DNA of 52,339 nucleotides from positions 1-52,339 of the forward strand of contig CAMWWH010000001.1 in the NCBI GenBank assembly GCA_947177975.1. The letters run 5' to 3'. Positions 1-9,872 of the stretch are shown piece by piece. The DNA is from an uncultured Clostridia bacterium (GTDB taxonomy: Bacteria; Bacillota; Clostridia; Christensenellales; Borkfalkiaceae). The notes under the pieces are model-generated. The model was not told where the DNA came from, made no database searches, and saw nothing but the letters and a program-made list of their open reading frames with translations. The position numbers and the translations under genes were made by a program. Within the stretch, counting starts at the first letter, position 1; each line of letters opens with the position of its first letter.

Positions 1-58
1 GGATGCAAATTGTAGATCGTTAGTAGACAAGTAGTTATTCTGAAAATCAAAGATTTTC

Positions 59-87
59 TTGTTTTATTAAGTTTTATGTATTATAAT
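59..87 (+). promoter_or_regulatory. Candidate sigma-A promoter of the hsd operon (TTGTTT-17-TATAAT)
   Basis: TTGTTT at 59-64, a 17-nt spacer and TATAAT at 82-87, in the AT-rich region upstream of hsdM. Confidence 0.35.
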
Positions 88-177
88 GATATATGTGAAA
101 GTATAAGCAAAAATATATGATTGTCGTTTATAAAAACTTTGAGATTTGCTTATAACGGACAAATTGCGAGGACACCA

Positions 178-2010
178 ATGGCAAAAGGCGTAAATATAAA
201 AAAACTCGAAACTGATTTATGGGAATCTGCCGATCTTCTTCGATCCGGCTCTAAACTGACGAGCAACCAATACTGTATGCCGGTTTTAGGACTCATATTT
301 CTGCGGTATGCGTATAGTCGTTTTAAGATAGTTGAAGCGGAAATTATTAAAAACAGACCGGTCCGTAACGGCCGCGTACTGCCCGTCGAGGCAAGTGATT
401 TCGCAGAAAAGAGCGCGCTCTTTTTACCGAAAGAAGCGCAATACAGTTACTTGGTGAATTTGCCGGCTAATATTACTGCACAGAAGCTTATGAGTGCTGA
501 CGGGCATGTAATGAATAGCCTCGGCGAAGTCGTAAATAATGCCATGGGGTTGGTGGAAGCTCAAAGCGAACAGCTTTCCGGTGTATTACCCAAGGACTAT
601 ACAATTTTCTCTGATGAGTTGTTGGCAGAACTTCTTCGCATATTTAACAATGACGCATTGGACGATGTCGGCGGCGACGTTATCGGTCGCATATATGAGT
701 ATTTCCTGAACAAGTTCGCGAAAAATATTGCGTCAGACGACGGCGTATTCTTTACTCCTAAGCCGTTGGTTAAGATGATAGTAAATATCCTTGAACCGAA
801 AACAGGCATTCTGCTTGATCCTGCCTGCGGTAGCGGCGGTATGTTTGTGCAGACGGGTGATTTCGTAAATGCCTCGGGAATGGTTGCAAACAACGCAATG
901 ACTTTTTACGGACAGGAAAAAGTCGAGTATAATGCGCAGCTTTGCCTTATGAATATGGCTGTGCACGGTCTGACGGGTGTTATCAAATCCGGTGATGAAG
1001 CCAACACTTTCTATCATGACGCACACAATCTGAACGGATGCTGTGATTATATCATGGCAAACCCTCCTTTCAATGTAGATAAAGTAAAATCCGAGTCTTC
1101 TGCCGCCGCAGGTCGTCTGCCTTTCGGACTTCCGAGCGTTAACAAGAATAAAGAAGTCGGGAATGGCAACTATCTTTGGATTTCATACTTTTACTCTTAT
1201 CTCAATGAACATGGCAGAGCGGGCTTTGTCATGGCTTCATCCTCAACGGACAGTCAGGGGAAGGACAAGGATATCCGTGAGCAACTTATTGATACGGGAC
1301 ACGTGGACGTAATTATAAGTGTTGCAAATAACTTTTTTTATACAAAAAGCTTGCCTTGTTCACTTTGGTTTTTCGATAAGGGAAAAGCTGAAGAGTTAAA
1401 GGACAAAGTGCTTTTTATTGATGCCCGCAATTACTACACTGTTGTTGACCGTACTTTGAACGAATGGAGTGAGTGGCAGTTAAAGAATTTAAACGCTATC
1501 GTTTGGCTCTATCGTGGGGAATTAGAAAAGTATAGTTCCTTGCTTGCAGAATACCGCGCAGCGCTTGGCTCGGAACAGACGTTTTCAGAAATCAAGGCAC
1601 AACTTCAAGATACAATTAAAGCAAAACGTGAAGAGGCAAAAACGGCGATTGAAAAAGCGGGCCGCAAAGATAGAAAAAGCTTACAGGCTAAATTTGACGA
1701 AGAGATTTCCCAGCTTGTCGATTGCTTCAATGTTGCTAATGAAGCGGTATGGCTCTATGAAAAGTTTGGCGATGGTGATTATAAAGATATACCCGGCCTT
1801 TGTAAAATTGCTGACAGGAAAACTATCAAAGAAGAAAAAGGCTGCTCTCTTACACCGGGTGCTTATGTAGGCGTTGCGCCTGTTGCGGAAGACGGCGTGG
1901 ACTTTTCGGAACGTATGGCAGAGATCCACAGAGAACTCAGTAAACTGCAAGCGGAATCTAATGACTTGATGGATACTATCTCCACAAATTTGAAGGGGAT
2001 GGGATTATGA
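178..2010 (+). CDS. hsdM: Type I restriction-modification system, N6-adenine DNA methyltransferase subunit HsdM
   Basis: ORF 121..2010. I moved the start to ATG 178: GAGGA lies 6 nt upstream and MAKGVNIKKLETDLW is a typical HsdM N-terminus. MTase motif I is DPACGSGGMF and motif IV is NPPF. A coiled-coil C-terminal tail is present. Confidence 0.93.
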   Translation: MAKGVNIKKLETDLWESADLLRSGSKLTSNQYCMPVLGLIFLRYAYSRFKIVEAEIIKNRPVRNGRVLPVEASDFAEKSALFLPKEAQYSYLVNLPANITAQKLMSADGHVMNSLGEVVNNAMGLVEAQSEQLSGVLPKDYTIFSDELLAELLRIFNNDALDDVGGDVIGRIYEYFLNKFAKNIASDDGVFFTPKPLVKMIVNILEPKTGILLDPACGSGGMFVQTGDFVNASGMVANNAMTFYGQEKVEYNAQLCLMNMAVHGLTGVIKSGDEANTFYHDAHNLNGCCDYIMANPPFNVDKVKSESSAAAGRLPFGLPSVNKNKEVGNGNYLWISYFYSYLNEHGRAGFVMASSSTDSQGKDKDIREQLIDTGHVDVIISVANNFFYTKSLPCSLWFFDKGKAEELKDKVLFIDARNYYTVVDRTLNEWSEWQLKNLNAIVWLYRGELEKYSSLLAEYRAALGSEQTFSEIKAQLQDTIKAKREEAKTAIEKAGRKDRKSLQAKFDEEISQLVDCFNVANEAVWLYEKFGDGDYKDIPGLCKIADRKTIKEEKGCSLTPGAYVGVAPVAEDGVDFSERMAEIHRELSKLQAESNDLMDTISTNLKGMGL

Positions 2011-3251
2011 GTGAATTGACAACGATAGCTGCCGACAGATTTTGCGAATCTGTACGAGACGGCACTCACGATACGCCTAAACAGACGAATACGGGATACA
2101 AACTCGTTACAGGGAAACATATCAAGAATGGGCAAATTGACCCTACGGATGCTTATTTTATTTCTGAAAAAGATTATAAGAAAATAAATGAACGAAGCTT
2201 GGTGGAAAAATGGGATGTATTAATGTCCATGATTGGAACTGTTGGTGAAGTAGCAGTGGTTAAAGATACTCCCAATTATGCGATAAAAAATGTTGCGCTG
2301 TTCAAAATGGGAGGTTCTGAGTTAAAAGGTAAATGGCTTGCTTATTATCTTCAGACATCTAAAGCTCAAAGTCATATGTTTGGCAACATGAAAGGCTCCA
2401 GTCAGCAGTTCTTATCGCTAAAACAGCTTCGCGACCTGCCTGTGCCGATTGCTTCCGAAACTCAAATGAAACGGATCGTAGAAATCCTTTCCGCTTATGA
2501 TGACTTGATTGAAAACAATCAGAAGCAAATTAAGCTATTGGAAGAAGCGGCGCAACGGTTATATAAAGAATGGTTTATTGACCTTCGCTTCCCTGGTTAC
2601 GAGAATACCTTTTACAAAGATGGTATACCTGATGGGTGGAAAAAGAAAACTGTAGAAGAATGTTTATCACACTTTATAGGCGGAGGTTGGGGCAAAGACG
2701 CTCCCGTGGGGAAAAATATTATTATTGCAAAAGTAATCCGGGGTACAGATATAAATGATGTGAAATCAGGTGAATTTAAAAATTTACCTATTCGCTTTCA
2801 TTCAGAGCATAATTTAAAATGTCGCAAATTGAAAGAACATGATATAATTTTTGAGCTTTCCAATGGAAACATAAATAATATCGGGCGAACTCTTTTATTA
2901 GATAATAACCTGTTATCAACCATTGGAGAAAGTGTAATATGTGCAAGCTTTTGTAAACTTTTAAGACCCATCGATAGGTTACATTCCATCATTTTATATT
3001 GTGATATCAATTATATGCAAGCAAGCGCCAAACTATTGCCTTATAAAAAGCACGGTTCTAACGGTATAAACAATTTTGATTTTGACGGTTTTTTACAGCA
3101 TACAGTATTAGTCCCGGGAAAAGAGAGTTTAATAAATCCCATTTTCAAAATTTTGGAAAAAATTTGGAACGCTCAAAGTCAAATTGCGAAGTTATCGGAA
3201 GTTCGTGACCGCTTGCTTCCTAAACTCATGAACGCCGAATTGGAAGTCTAA
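2007..3251 (+). CDS. hsdS: Type I R-M specificity subunit HsdS
   Basis: ATGA overlap with the hsdM stop. Two variable target-recognition halves are separated by a conserved helical spacer (SAYDDLIENNQKQIKLLEEAAQRLYKEWF). The C-terminal helix is RDRLLPKLMNAELEV. The second TRD is very AT-rich. Confidence 0.9.
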   Translation: MSELTTIAADRFCESVRDGTHDTPKQTNTGYKLVTGKHIKNGQIDPTDAYFISEKDYKKINERSLVEKWDVLMSMIGTVGEVAVVKDTPNYAIKNVALFKMGGSELKGKWLAYYLQTSKAQSHMFGNMKGSSQQFLSLKQLRDLPVPIASETQMKRIVEILSAYDDLIENNQKQIKLLEEAAQRLYKEWFIDLRFPGYENTFYKDGIPDGWKKKTVEECLSHFIGGGWGKDAPVGKNIIIAKVIRGTDINDVKSGEFKNLPIRFHSEHNLKCRKLKEHDIIFELSNGNINNIGRTLLLDNNLLSTIGESVICASFCKLLRPIDRLHSIILYCDINYMQASAKLLPYKKHGSNGINNFDFDGFLQHTVLVPGKESLINPIFKILEKIWNAQSQIAKLSEVRDRLLPKLMNAELEV

Positions 3252-3344
3252 ACATAACATCTTTCTCACATAGGGAATTGATGGCGTTGGGCAGTATATC
3301 GATAAAGAGTATTTGAGTTATAATTTGCAGAAAGGAAATAGTGT

Positions 3345-6300
3345 ATGAGTTACGAATATTCTGAAAATATCCTTGTTCAGGAAAGCGCAGGTAATCTCTT
3401 GCAGAACGAGTTGGGTTGGCAAGTAGAGTTTGCGTACAACAGGGAAGTCTTGGGTGAAAGCGGCACTTTCGGCCGTAAAGATTACCGTGAGATTATTCTT
3501 TCGCGGTATTTTCAGACTGCTGTTAAAAAGCTCAATCCCTGGATAACTCAGGCGCAGGTCGACGAGGCTCAAAAGAAGTTGGAAAGCCATCTTTCAACGT
3601 CTTCCTTACTGCAAATCAACGAAGAAAAATATTTTCTGATTCGGGACGGAATTCCCGTTACCGTCAAAAAGTCGGACGGGAAAACCGAAACTCGCGTTGC
3701 CGCCATACTGGATTTTCAAAATCCGCAGAACAACCATTTCTTGGCAATTAAAGAATTAAAAATTCACGGCGAACTTTATCGTAGACGCACCGATATAGTC
3801 GGATTTGTTAACGGTATTCCGTTACTCTTTATTGAACTAAAAAAGAACAGTGTGGACGTTGAGAACGCCTACATCGATAACTATACGGATTATCTCGATA
3901 CAATCCCACATTTATTTTACTACAATGCATTTTTAATGTTGAGTAACGGCGTAGATGCAAAGGTCGGCACGTTGGGTAGTAAATATGAGTTTTTCCATGA
4001 GTGGAAGCGCTTGAAGGAGAGCGATTCGGGGAGCGTGGCGTTAGAAACTATGCTTCGCGGAATTTGTAAAAAAGAGAACTTCCTCGACCTTTTCGAGAAC
4101 TTTATACTTTATGACCATTCCGGAGGTAGAACAGCAAAAATACTTTCCCGTAACCATCAATACTTAGGAGTAAACGAGGCGGTCAATGCCTATGGCGCCC
4201 GGAAACTGAAAAACGGTAAATTGGGTGTATTCTGGCATACGCAAGGCTCGGGGAAAAGCTATTCTATGGCGTTTCTGTCTCAAAAAATCCGTAGAAAGTT
4301 TGAAGGCTCACCCACGATAGTTATACTTACTGACCGCGATGAACTGAACACGCAAATCAGCGATACGTTTGAAAATTGCGGTTTGCTTGGTAAAACGAAA
4401 GCCTCGCAGTTTATCGCAAGCAGCGGGGAAGATCTTATTCGAAAACTTACAGGTAATCCGAGTTTTATATTCACTCTAATTCAGAAATTCAATAAGCCCG
4501 ATGCCGAGCCTATCTATCCCGACCACGATATCATAATTATGTCGGATGAAGCTCACCGCAGTCAATACGGCATATTTGCGGACAATATGATGAAGTTGCT
4601 GCCTGAGGCGTCCCGTATCGGTTTTACGGGAACGCCGCTTCTTTCGAGCGATAATATTACCGAGAGAACGTTTGGCGGCTATCTCTCCGTCTATGACTTC
4701 AAGCGTGCCGTTGAAGACGGTGCTACCGTTCCGCTGTATTATGAAAACCGGGCGGATAAAATTGCGCAGCTGGAAAATCCCGAAATCACCGAGGAGATTC
4801 TTGCTGCCATCGAAGCGGCTGATATCGATCCTGATCAACAGGAAAAGCTGGAACGCGAATTTGCGAAGGAAATACATATTCTTACTGCCGAATCGCGTTT
4901 AAGGTCGATTGCGCAAGATTTTGTACGCCACTATTCCGACCTGTGGACAAGCGGTAAGGCAATGTTCGTTTGCCTGAATAAAGTTACTTGTGTGAGAATG
5001 TATAATTATGCCCAAGAATATTGGCAGGATGAGATAAACACGTTACAGACAAAGCTGAAGACTTCAACGCAACAGGAAGCGCAAGAGCTGAAGCGGAAAC
5101 TGAAATGGATGCAGGAAACCGAGATGGCGGTAGTCATCAGTTCGGAACAGAATGAGATTCAGACCTTCAAAAAATGGGGGCTTGATATTCTTCCTCACCG
5201 CGCAAAAATGGAAAAGCGTGAGTTGGATAAGGAGTTTAAAGACAGCGGCAGCAAGTTCCGTATTGTATTCGTCTGCGCTATGTGGCTTACGGGCTTCGAC
5301 GTGAAAAGCTTATCCTGTCTTTACCTTGATAAGCCACTGAAGGCGCATACGCTTATGCAAACCATAGCCCGAGCTAACCGTGTATCCGAGGGGAAAAGCA
5401 ACGGACTTATCGTTGATTATGTCGGTATTGTTAAAGCTCTCAGAAGGGCATTGGCAGATTATACTTCGAATAGCAGCAGAGCAAGCACCGATCCGACTAT
5501 TGATAAAGAAGTTTTGATTGCGCGGATTTATGAAATTATAGCAAACACCGATGCATTCCTTGCTCAACATGGTTTTAGCTTGAAATCACTCGTGGAAGCA
5601 ACCGATTTTGCAAAGCTTATGCTTTTGCAGACTGCGGCAAATGCTATGTGTGAGACATCGGAAATTAAGAAAACATTTCAAACCTACGCATCTGAGTTGT
5701 CGCGACTTATGAAATACGTCGACCGAGGAGATATTGACGCTGTTTCGCGCAGGTATAAAGACGCCATAATTGCTATTTACGATGAATTGCAAAAGAAGCG
5801 CAAACATTCCGATAATACGGATTTGTTGGTTCAAATTAACAATATTATCAATGAGCATATCGCAATAGAAAAGCAAGCCGGCGGTAGCGATCCGTCACGC
5901 CGATTTGATATCAGCAAAATCGATTTTGATACTCTCGGAAGACAGTTTTTCAACGCTAAAAGTAAAAATTTGATTTTGAAGGATTTAAGCGAGTTGATTC
6001 AAGAAAGATTAGCGCATATGCTGTTTTCCAATCCCGCCAGAATAGACTATTATACTCATTACCGTCAGATTATTGATGATTTTAATGCCGAACAGGATCG
6101 CTCAACTATTGAAAAGACGTTCATGGATCTGATGGATCTGGCAAACTCTATGGATACAGAACAGCAAAGGTATGCGCGTGAAGGATTTTCCGGCGATGAG
6201 GAATTATCACTCTACGATATTCTGTTCCGAGAGTCGCTCTCCGAGCACGACATAAACATAATAAAAGGAGTTGCGGTTAACTTATTGGCGAAAGTTAAGG

Positions 6301-6479
6301 CGAAAATTTCAGAGTTAGACCATTGGACTGACAAGCAGGAAACCAAAGCAGCGGTTGATAATCTGATTCGTGATATCCTGTGGGAGAGTCTGCCCGAAAG
6401 CTATGACGAAGAGAAAATATCGGAATACCGTCGTCATATTTACGAGTATGTATACACCAGATATAAAGAAATTGAGTAG
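3345..6479 (+). CDS. hsdR: Type I R-M restriction endonuclease/translocase subunit HsdR
   Basis: 1044 aa. Walker A is HTQGSGKS, the DEAH box is MSDEAHRSQ, and helicase motif VI is QTIARANR. It lies directly downstream of hsdMS. Confidence 0.93.
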   Translation: MSYEYSENILVQESAGNLLQNELGWQVEFAYNREVLGESGTFGRKDYREIILSRYFQTAVKKLNPWITQAQVDEAQKKLESHLSTSSLLQINEEKYFLIRDGIPVTVKKSDGKTETRVAAILDFQNPQNNHFLAIKELKIHGELYRRRTDIVGFVNGIPLLFIELKKNSVDVENAYIDNYTDYLDTIPHLFYYNAFLMLSNGVDAKVGTLGSKYEFFHEWKRLKESDSGSVALETMLRGICKKENFLDLFENFILYDHSGGRTAKILSRNHQYLGVNEAVNAYGARKLKNGKLGVFWHTQGSGKSYSMAFLSQKIRRKFEGSPTIVILTDRDELNTQISDTFENCGLLGKTKASQFIASSGEDLIRKLTGNPSFIFTLIQKFNKPDAEPIYPDHDIIIMSDEAHRSQYGIFADNMMKLLPEASRIGFTGTPLLSSDNITERTFGGYLSVYDFKRAVEDGATVPLYYENRADKIAQLENPEITEEILAAIEAADIDPDQQEKLEREFAKEIHILTAESRLRSIAQDFVRHYSDLWTSGKAMFVCLNKVTCVRMYNYAQEYWQDEINTLQTKLKTSTQQEAQELKRKLKWMQETEMAVVISSEQNEIQTFKKWGLDILPHRAKMEKRELDKEFKDSGSKFRIVFVCAMWLTGFDVKSLSCLYLDKPLKAHTLMQTIARANRVSEGKSNGLIVDYVGIVKALRRALADYTSNSSRASTDPTIDKEVLIARIYEIIANTDAFLAQHGFSLKSLVEATDFAKLMLLQTAANAMCETSEIKKTFQTYASELSRLMKYVDRGDIDAVSRRYKDAIIAIYDELQKKRKHSDNTDLLVQINNIINEHIAIEKQAGGSDPSRRFDISKIDFDTLGRQFFNAKSKNLILKDLSELIQERLAHMLFSNPARIDYYTHYRQIIDDFNAEQDRSTIEKTFMDLMDLANSMDTEQQRYAREGFSGDEELSLYDILFRESLSEHDINIIKGVAVNLLAKVKAKISELDHWTDKQETKAAVDNLIRDILWESLPESYDEEKISEYRRHIYEYVYTRYKEIE

Positions 6480-6542
6480 AGCATACAAGCGGAGCATTTT
6501 TTTGTGAGATAACGTCAATCATTAAAATGAGGACGATAGAAT

Positions 6543-7517
6543 ATGTGCACAGCGGCAACCTATAAAACAAAAGATTTCTACTTCGGACGTACGCTCGATT
6601 ACGAATTTTCGTATACCGAGGAAGTAACCGTTACTCCACGCAATTTCCCTTTTATATTGCGCAGTGGCGAAAAAATGGCAAAGCACTACGCTATGATAGG
6701 AATGGCTTTCGTGCAGGATATCCCGCTTTACTACGACGCCGTCAACGAAAAGGGGCTCGGTATGGCGGGGCTTAACTTCGTGGGCAACGCTTGCTATAAC
6801 GACCCCGTCGAGGGCAAAATCAACGTGGCGCAATTCGAGTTTATTCCCTATATCCTCGGCAAGTGCGCGTCCGTCGACGAAGCCGTAAAACTGCTTGAAA
6901 AAATAAATCTGACCAACCTGCCGTATAGCGATAAACTGCCTGTTTCTCAGTTGCATTGGATTATCGCAGATAAGTATAGGTCAATTACGGTGGAGAGCGT
7001 TAAAGAGGGGTTGAAGATTTACGACAATCCCGTAGGCGTGCTTACCAACAATCCGCCCTTCGACGAGCAGATGTTCAACCTGAATAATTATATGGGCTTA
7101 TCGCCGAGAGAGCCGAAAAACCTGTTTTCGGACAAGCTTCCGTTAAAAGCGTACAGCCGAGGTATGGGCGCTTTGGGACTGCCAGGTGACTTATCTTCGC
7201 AATCACGTTTTGTAAGGGTAGCTTTTACTAAAATGAATTCGGTGTCGGGGAGTTCGGAAGAGGAGAGCGTCAATCAGTTTTTTCATATTCTCGGCTCGGT
7301 TGAGCAACAGCGCGGCTGCTGCCTCGTAGGGGAAAAAGACTACGAAATAACTATATATACGTCCTGTTGCAACGCGGACAAGGGCGTATATTATTATACG
7401 ACTTACGAAAACCACAGCATAACAGCGGTGGATATGCACGCCGAAAATCTCGACGCAAACACGTTATTCGGATATCCGCTTGACAGGAGAGAGAAGATAA
7501 CCTTTTGTAACCGTTAA
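6543..7517 (+). CDS. Choloylglycine hydrolase family protein (conjugated bile-salt hydrolase / penicillin V acylase type Ntn hydrolase)
   Basis: N-terminus MCTAATYKTKDFYFGRTLD has the Cys2 nucleophile and the GRTLD motif. NNPPF and the 324-aa length are typical of BSH/PVA enzymes. Confidence 0.88.
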   Translation: MCTAATYKTKDFYFGRTLDYEFSYTEEVTVTPRNFPFILRSGEKMAKHYAMIGMAFVQDIPLYYDAVNEKGLGMAGLNFVGNACYNDPVEGKINVAQFEFIPYILGKCASVDEAVKLLEKINLTNLPYSDKLPVSQLHWIIADKYRSITVESVKEGLKIYDNPVGVLTNNPPFDEQMFNLNNYMGLSPREPKNLFSDKLPLKAYSRGMGALGLPGDLSSQSRFVRVAFTKMNSVSGSSEEESVNQFFHILGSVEQQRGCCLVGEKDYEITIYTSCCNADKGVYYYTTYENHSITAVDMHAENLDANTLFGYPLDRREKITFCNR

Positions 7518-7532
7518 CAGAGAGGAATTAAC

Positions 7533-9860
7533 ATGAAGAAAAAGTTATTGGGTATTTTCATTTCGCTGATAGCCGTCGTTTTCTGTTTAAGTTTGACAGC
7601 CTGTGATAAGCGCGGAGGAGAAGACGATGATTTTTCTTCGTTAAAGGCTACGCCGCTGGGAATAGGCGGCGGAGGAATGCTCTTTGAACCGTCAATAAGT
7701 CCGTTCGATGAAAATACTATGATAGTTATACCCGATATGGGAGGAATTTACGTATCACATAACGCGGGGGTAGACTGGAAGAGAAAAAATCTGCAGGGAG
7801 CTACAATAAAAACGTATTTCGACCCTAACAGGGAAGGCGTAGTATATGCGGGCGGTACGGGCTTATACAGAAGTACGGATAACGGAGATACCTTTAATCT
7901 GATATTTCCGAAAGAGGAAGAAATAATCGAAAGAAGAAATTGCGACGAAACAAGTATGCAATACTTATTTACGAACGCAAATTATCCTACATATAAACAG
8001 GTAAAAGACATATTGGTAAATCCGAACGATTCCGATAACCTTTTCGTCCTGACGTATTACGGAAAACAAGGAACCGTATTCGAAAGTAAGAACAACGGAG
8101 AAAGCTTCGAAGAAATATTCTCTTACACAAAGCAAAAATCCGCATATAATCTTTGGCAGGATTACAATAAGTTGCTTTATCAAAAAGAAACGGATACGCT
8201 GTATTACTCCGTAGAGGAAGGTATATTCGCGTTTGACAGAAACGCAGGCGAATGTACCGCGGTTTATAGCAGTGACTTGGGAATAGTCAATATGACCTAT
8301 TTTCAGGAAGACGGCAAGACCTATTTCACCGTTATAGAAAATACAACCGAGCTCAAAAAATTCGATACGAAAGTATTTTATACGACGGATTTTACACCGC
8401 AGACCACGGTGGATATAAGCAGCAAAATAGTAACCGGAGTGAGGGAGTCGTTCGGTTACAATGATACGACCATTACTTATAAATGGAAATTCGAATATAT
8501 AGCGGCAGACTCGGTGAATAACGTTTACGTAACCCAGAACGGAAAGCCCGATAATTCGGCTTATCCGTATTACATAGCGGGAATTATCCGTTTTAACGGA
8601 GAAAGCGGTAAATGGCTGTACGGAAATCCGTATAGAAATCACGCAACCGATGCTTTGACTGAAAAAGGCTGGATTGACGGAAATATCGCGGCTTACGGAA
8701 TTGCGTTGAGCGAAAAAGCGGAAAACGCTATATTATATACGACCTTATGCGGAGTTTACTATTCGCCCGACAGCGAGCACTTTTATCAGAGATATTGCCA
8801 TACGGTAAAGGACGGAAATACTACAAAATATTATACGAACGGAATTGACGAACAGACGACTTACGGCGTAAGAGTAAATCCGTTTAACAAAGACAACATA
8901 CTTTTATTGAACACGGATTTGGGACTTATCAGAAGCGAAGACAACGGCGCGTCGTGGTCGAGAGTGCTGGCGGGAATTAAATCGGCGTGGACTAACACCG
9001 TATACGACGCCGAATTCGATAACAGAAAAGAAGACGTTGTCTATTCCTTATGGTCGGGAAGACACGATATGCCGTATGCACCGGGCAACGAAACGAATAG
9101 AAGCGGAGGCTTTGCAATATCGACAAATGCGGGGGAAACGTGGGATTGCGAATATTCCACGGGGTTACCTGCAACCTCGGTACCCGTAAAAATGAGTATA
9201 GTTTATCCGCAAAACGACCAAGACGAAGCGACTATATACGTCGCAACTATGAATCACGGATTTTTCGTAAGTTACGATTCTGGGAAAATGTTTACGGAAA
9301 TAAACGAGGGAATAGAAAGAGTAAGTTATAACCAGATTTTTGCGGAAGATATAGAGGCGAAAGACGGCAGAGTATTCGGCTGTACGGCAAAAAGTACGTT
9401 TAACGGTCAGGTACAGGCGGGCGAAGTATTCGAACTTAAAAATAACAGATGGGAAAAAATTCAGTTACCCGCCGACGTACAGACGCCGAGAGATATATAT
9501 TACAATAACGGAACGCTGTATATATCTGCAACGGTAGTGAGAACGTGGGCTCCCAAAGACGGAGTAGACTACGGAAGCGTAGGCGGAGGAGTTTACGCAT
9601 ACAAAGACGGACAAGTAAATCAAATCTTCGATAAAGATATTTCCGTTGCGGGAGTGCAAATCGATTCGAAAGGGGTAATGTATTTAAGCGATATTAACGG
9701 AAACATTTACCGCAAAACGGAGGGTGGCGATTACGTAAAAATTTATAAGCTCTATCACAGTATCAGTAAAGGCGTACAGTTGGAAAACGACGACGTGCTT
9801 TATTTGCCGACCTTGGGAGGCGGCTTGTTAAAATTAGAAGGACTTGAAGGTCTTCGTTAA
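7533..9860 (+). CDS. Lipoprotein with BNR/Asp-box repeats (sialidase/GH74/sortilin-like beta-propeller)
   Basis: Signal peptide with lipobox LTAC. Six S-x-D/N-x-G-x-(T/S/D)-(W/F) Asp boxes: SHNAGVDW, STDNGDTF, SKNNGESF, SEDNGASW, STNAGETW, SYDSGKMF. Confidence 0.75.
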   Translation: MKKKLLGIFISLIAVVFCLSLTACDKRGGEDDDFSSLKATPLGIGGGGMLFEPSISPFDENTMIVIPDMGGIYVSHNAGVDWKRKNLQGATIKTYFDPNREGVVYAGGTGLYRSTDNGDTFNLIFPKEEEIIERRNCDETSMQYLFTNANYPTYKQVKDILVNPNDSDNLFVLTYYGKQGTVFESKNNGESFEEIFSYTKQKSAYNLWQDYNKLLYQKETDTLYYSVEEGIFAFDRNAGECTAVYSSDLGIVNMTYFQEDGKTYFTVIENTTELKKFDTKVFYTTDFTPQTTVDISSKIVTGVRESFGYNDTTITYKWKFEYIAADSVNNVYVTQNGKPDNSAYPYYIAGIIRFNGESGKWLYGNPYRNHATDALTEKGWIDGNIAAYGIALSEKAENAILYTTLCGVYYSPDSEHFYQRYCHTVKDGNTTKYYTNGIDEQTTYGVRVNPFNKDNILLLNTDLGLIRSEDNGASWSRVLAGIKSAWTNTVYDAEFDNRKEDVVYSLWSGRHDMPYAPGNETNRSGGFAISTNAGETWDCEYSTGLPATSVPVKMSIVYPQNDQDEATIYVATMNHGFFVSYDSGKMFTEINEGIERVSYNQIFAEDIEAKDGRVFGCTAKSTFNGQVQAGEVFELKNNRWEKIQLPADVQTPRDIYYNNGTLYISATVVRTWAPKDGVDYGSVGGGVYAYKDGQVNQIFDKDISVAGVQIDSKGVMYLSDINGNIYRKTEGGDYVKIYKLYHSISKGVQLENDDVLYLPTLGGGLLKLEGLEGLR

Positions 9861-9872
9861 GAAAACGTCGGC

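Noticed and set aside
121-177. A TTG start for hsdM at 121
   Set aside because: ATG 178 has a well-spaced GAGGA SD and gives the usual HsdM N-terminus. The TTG codon lacks an SD.
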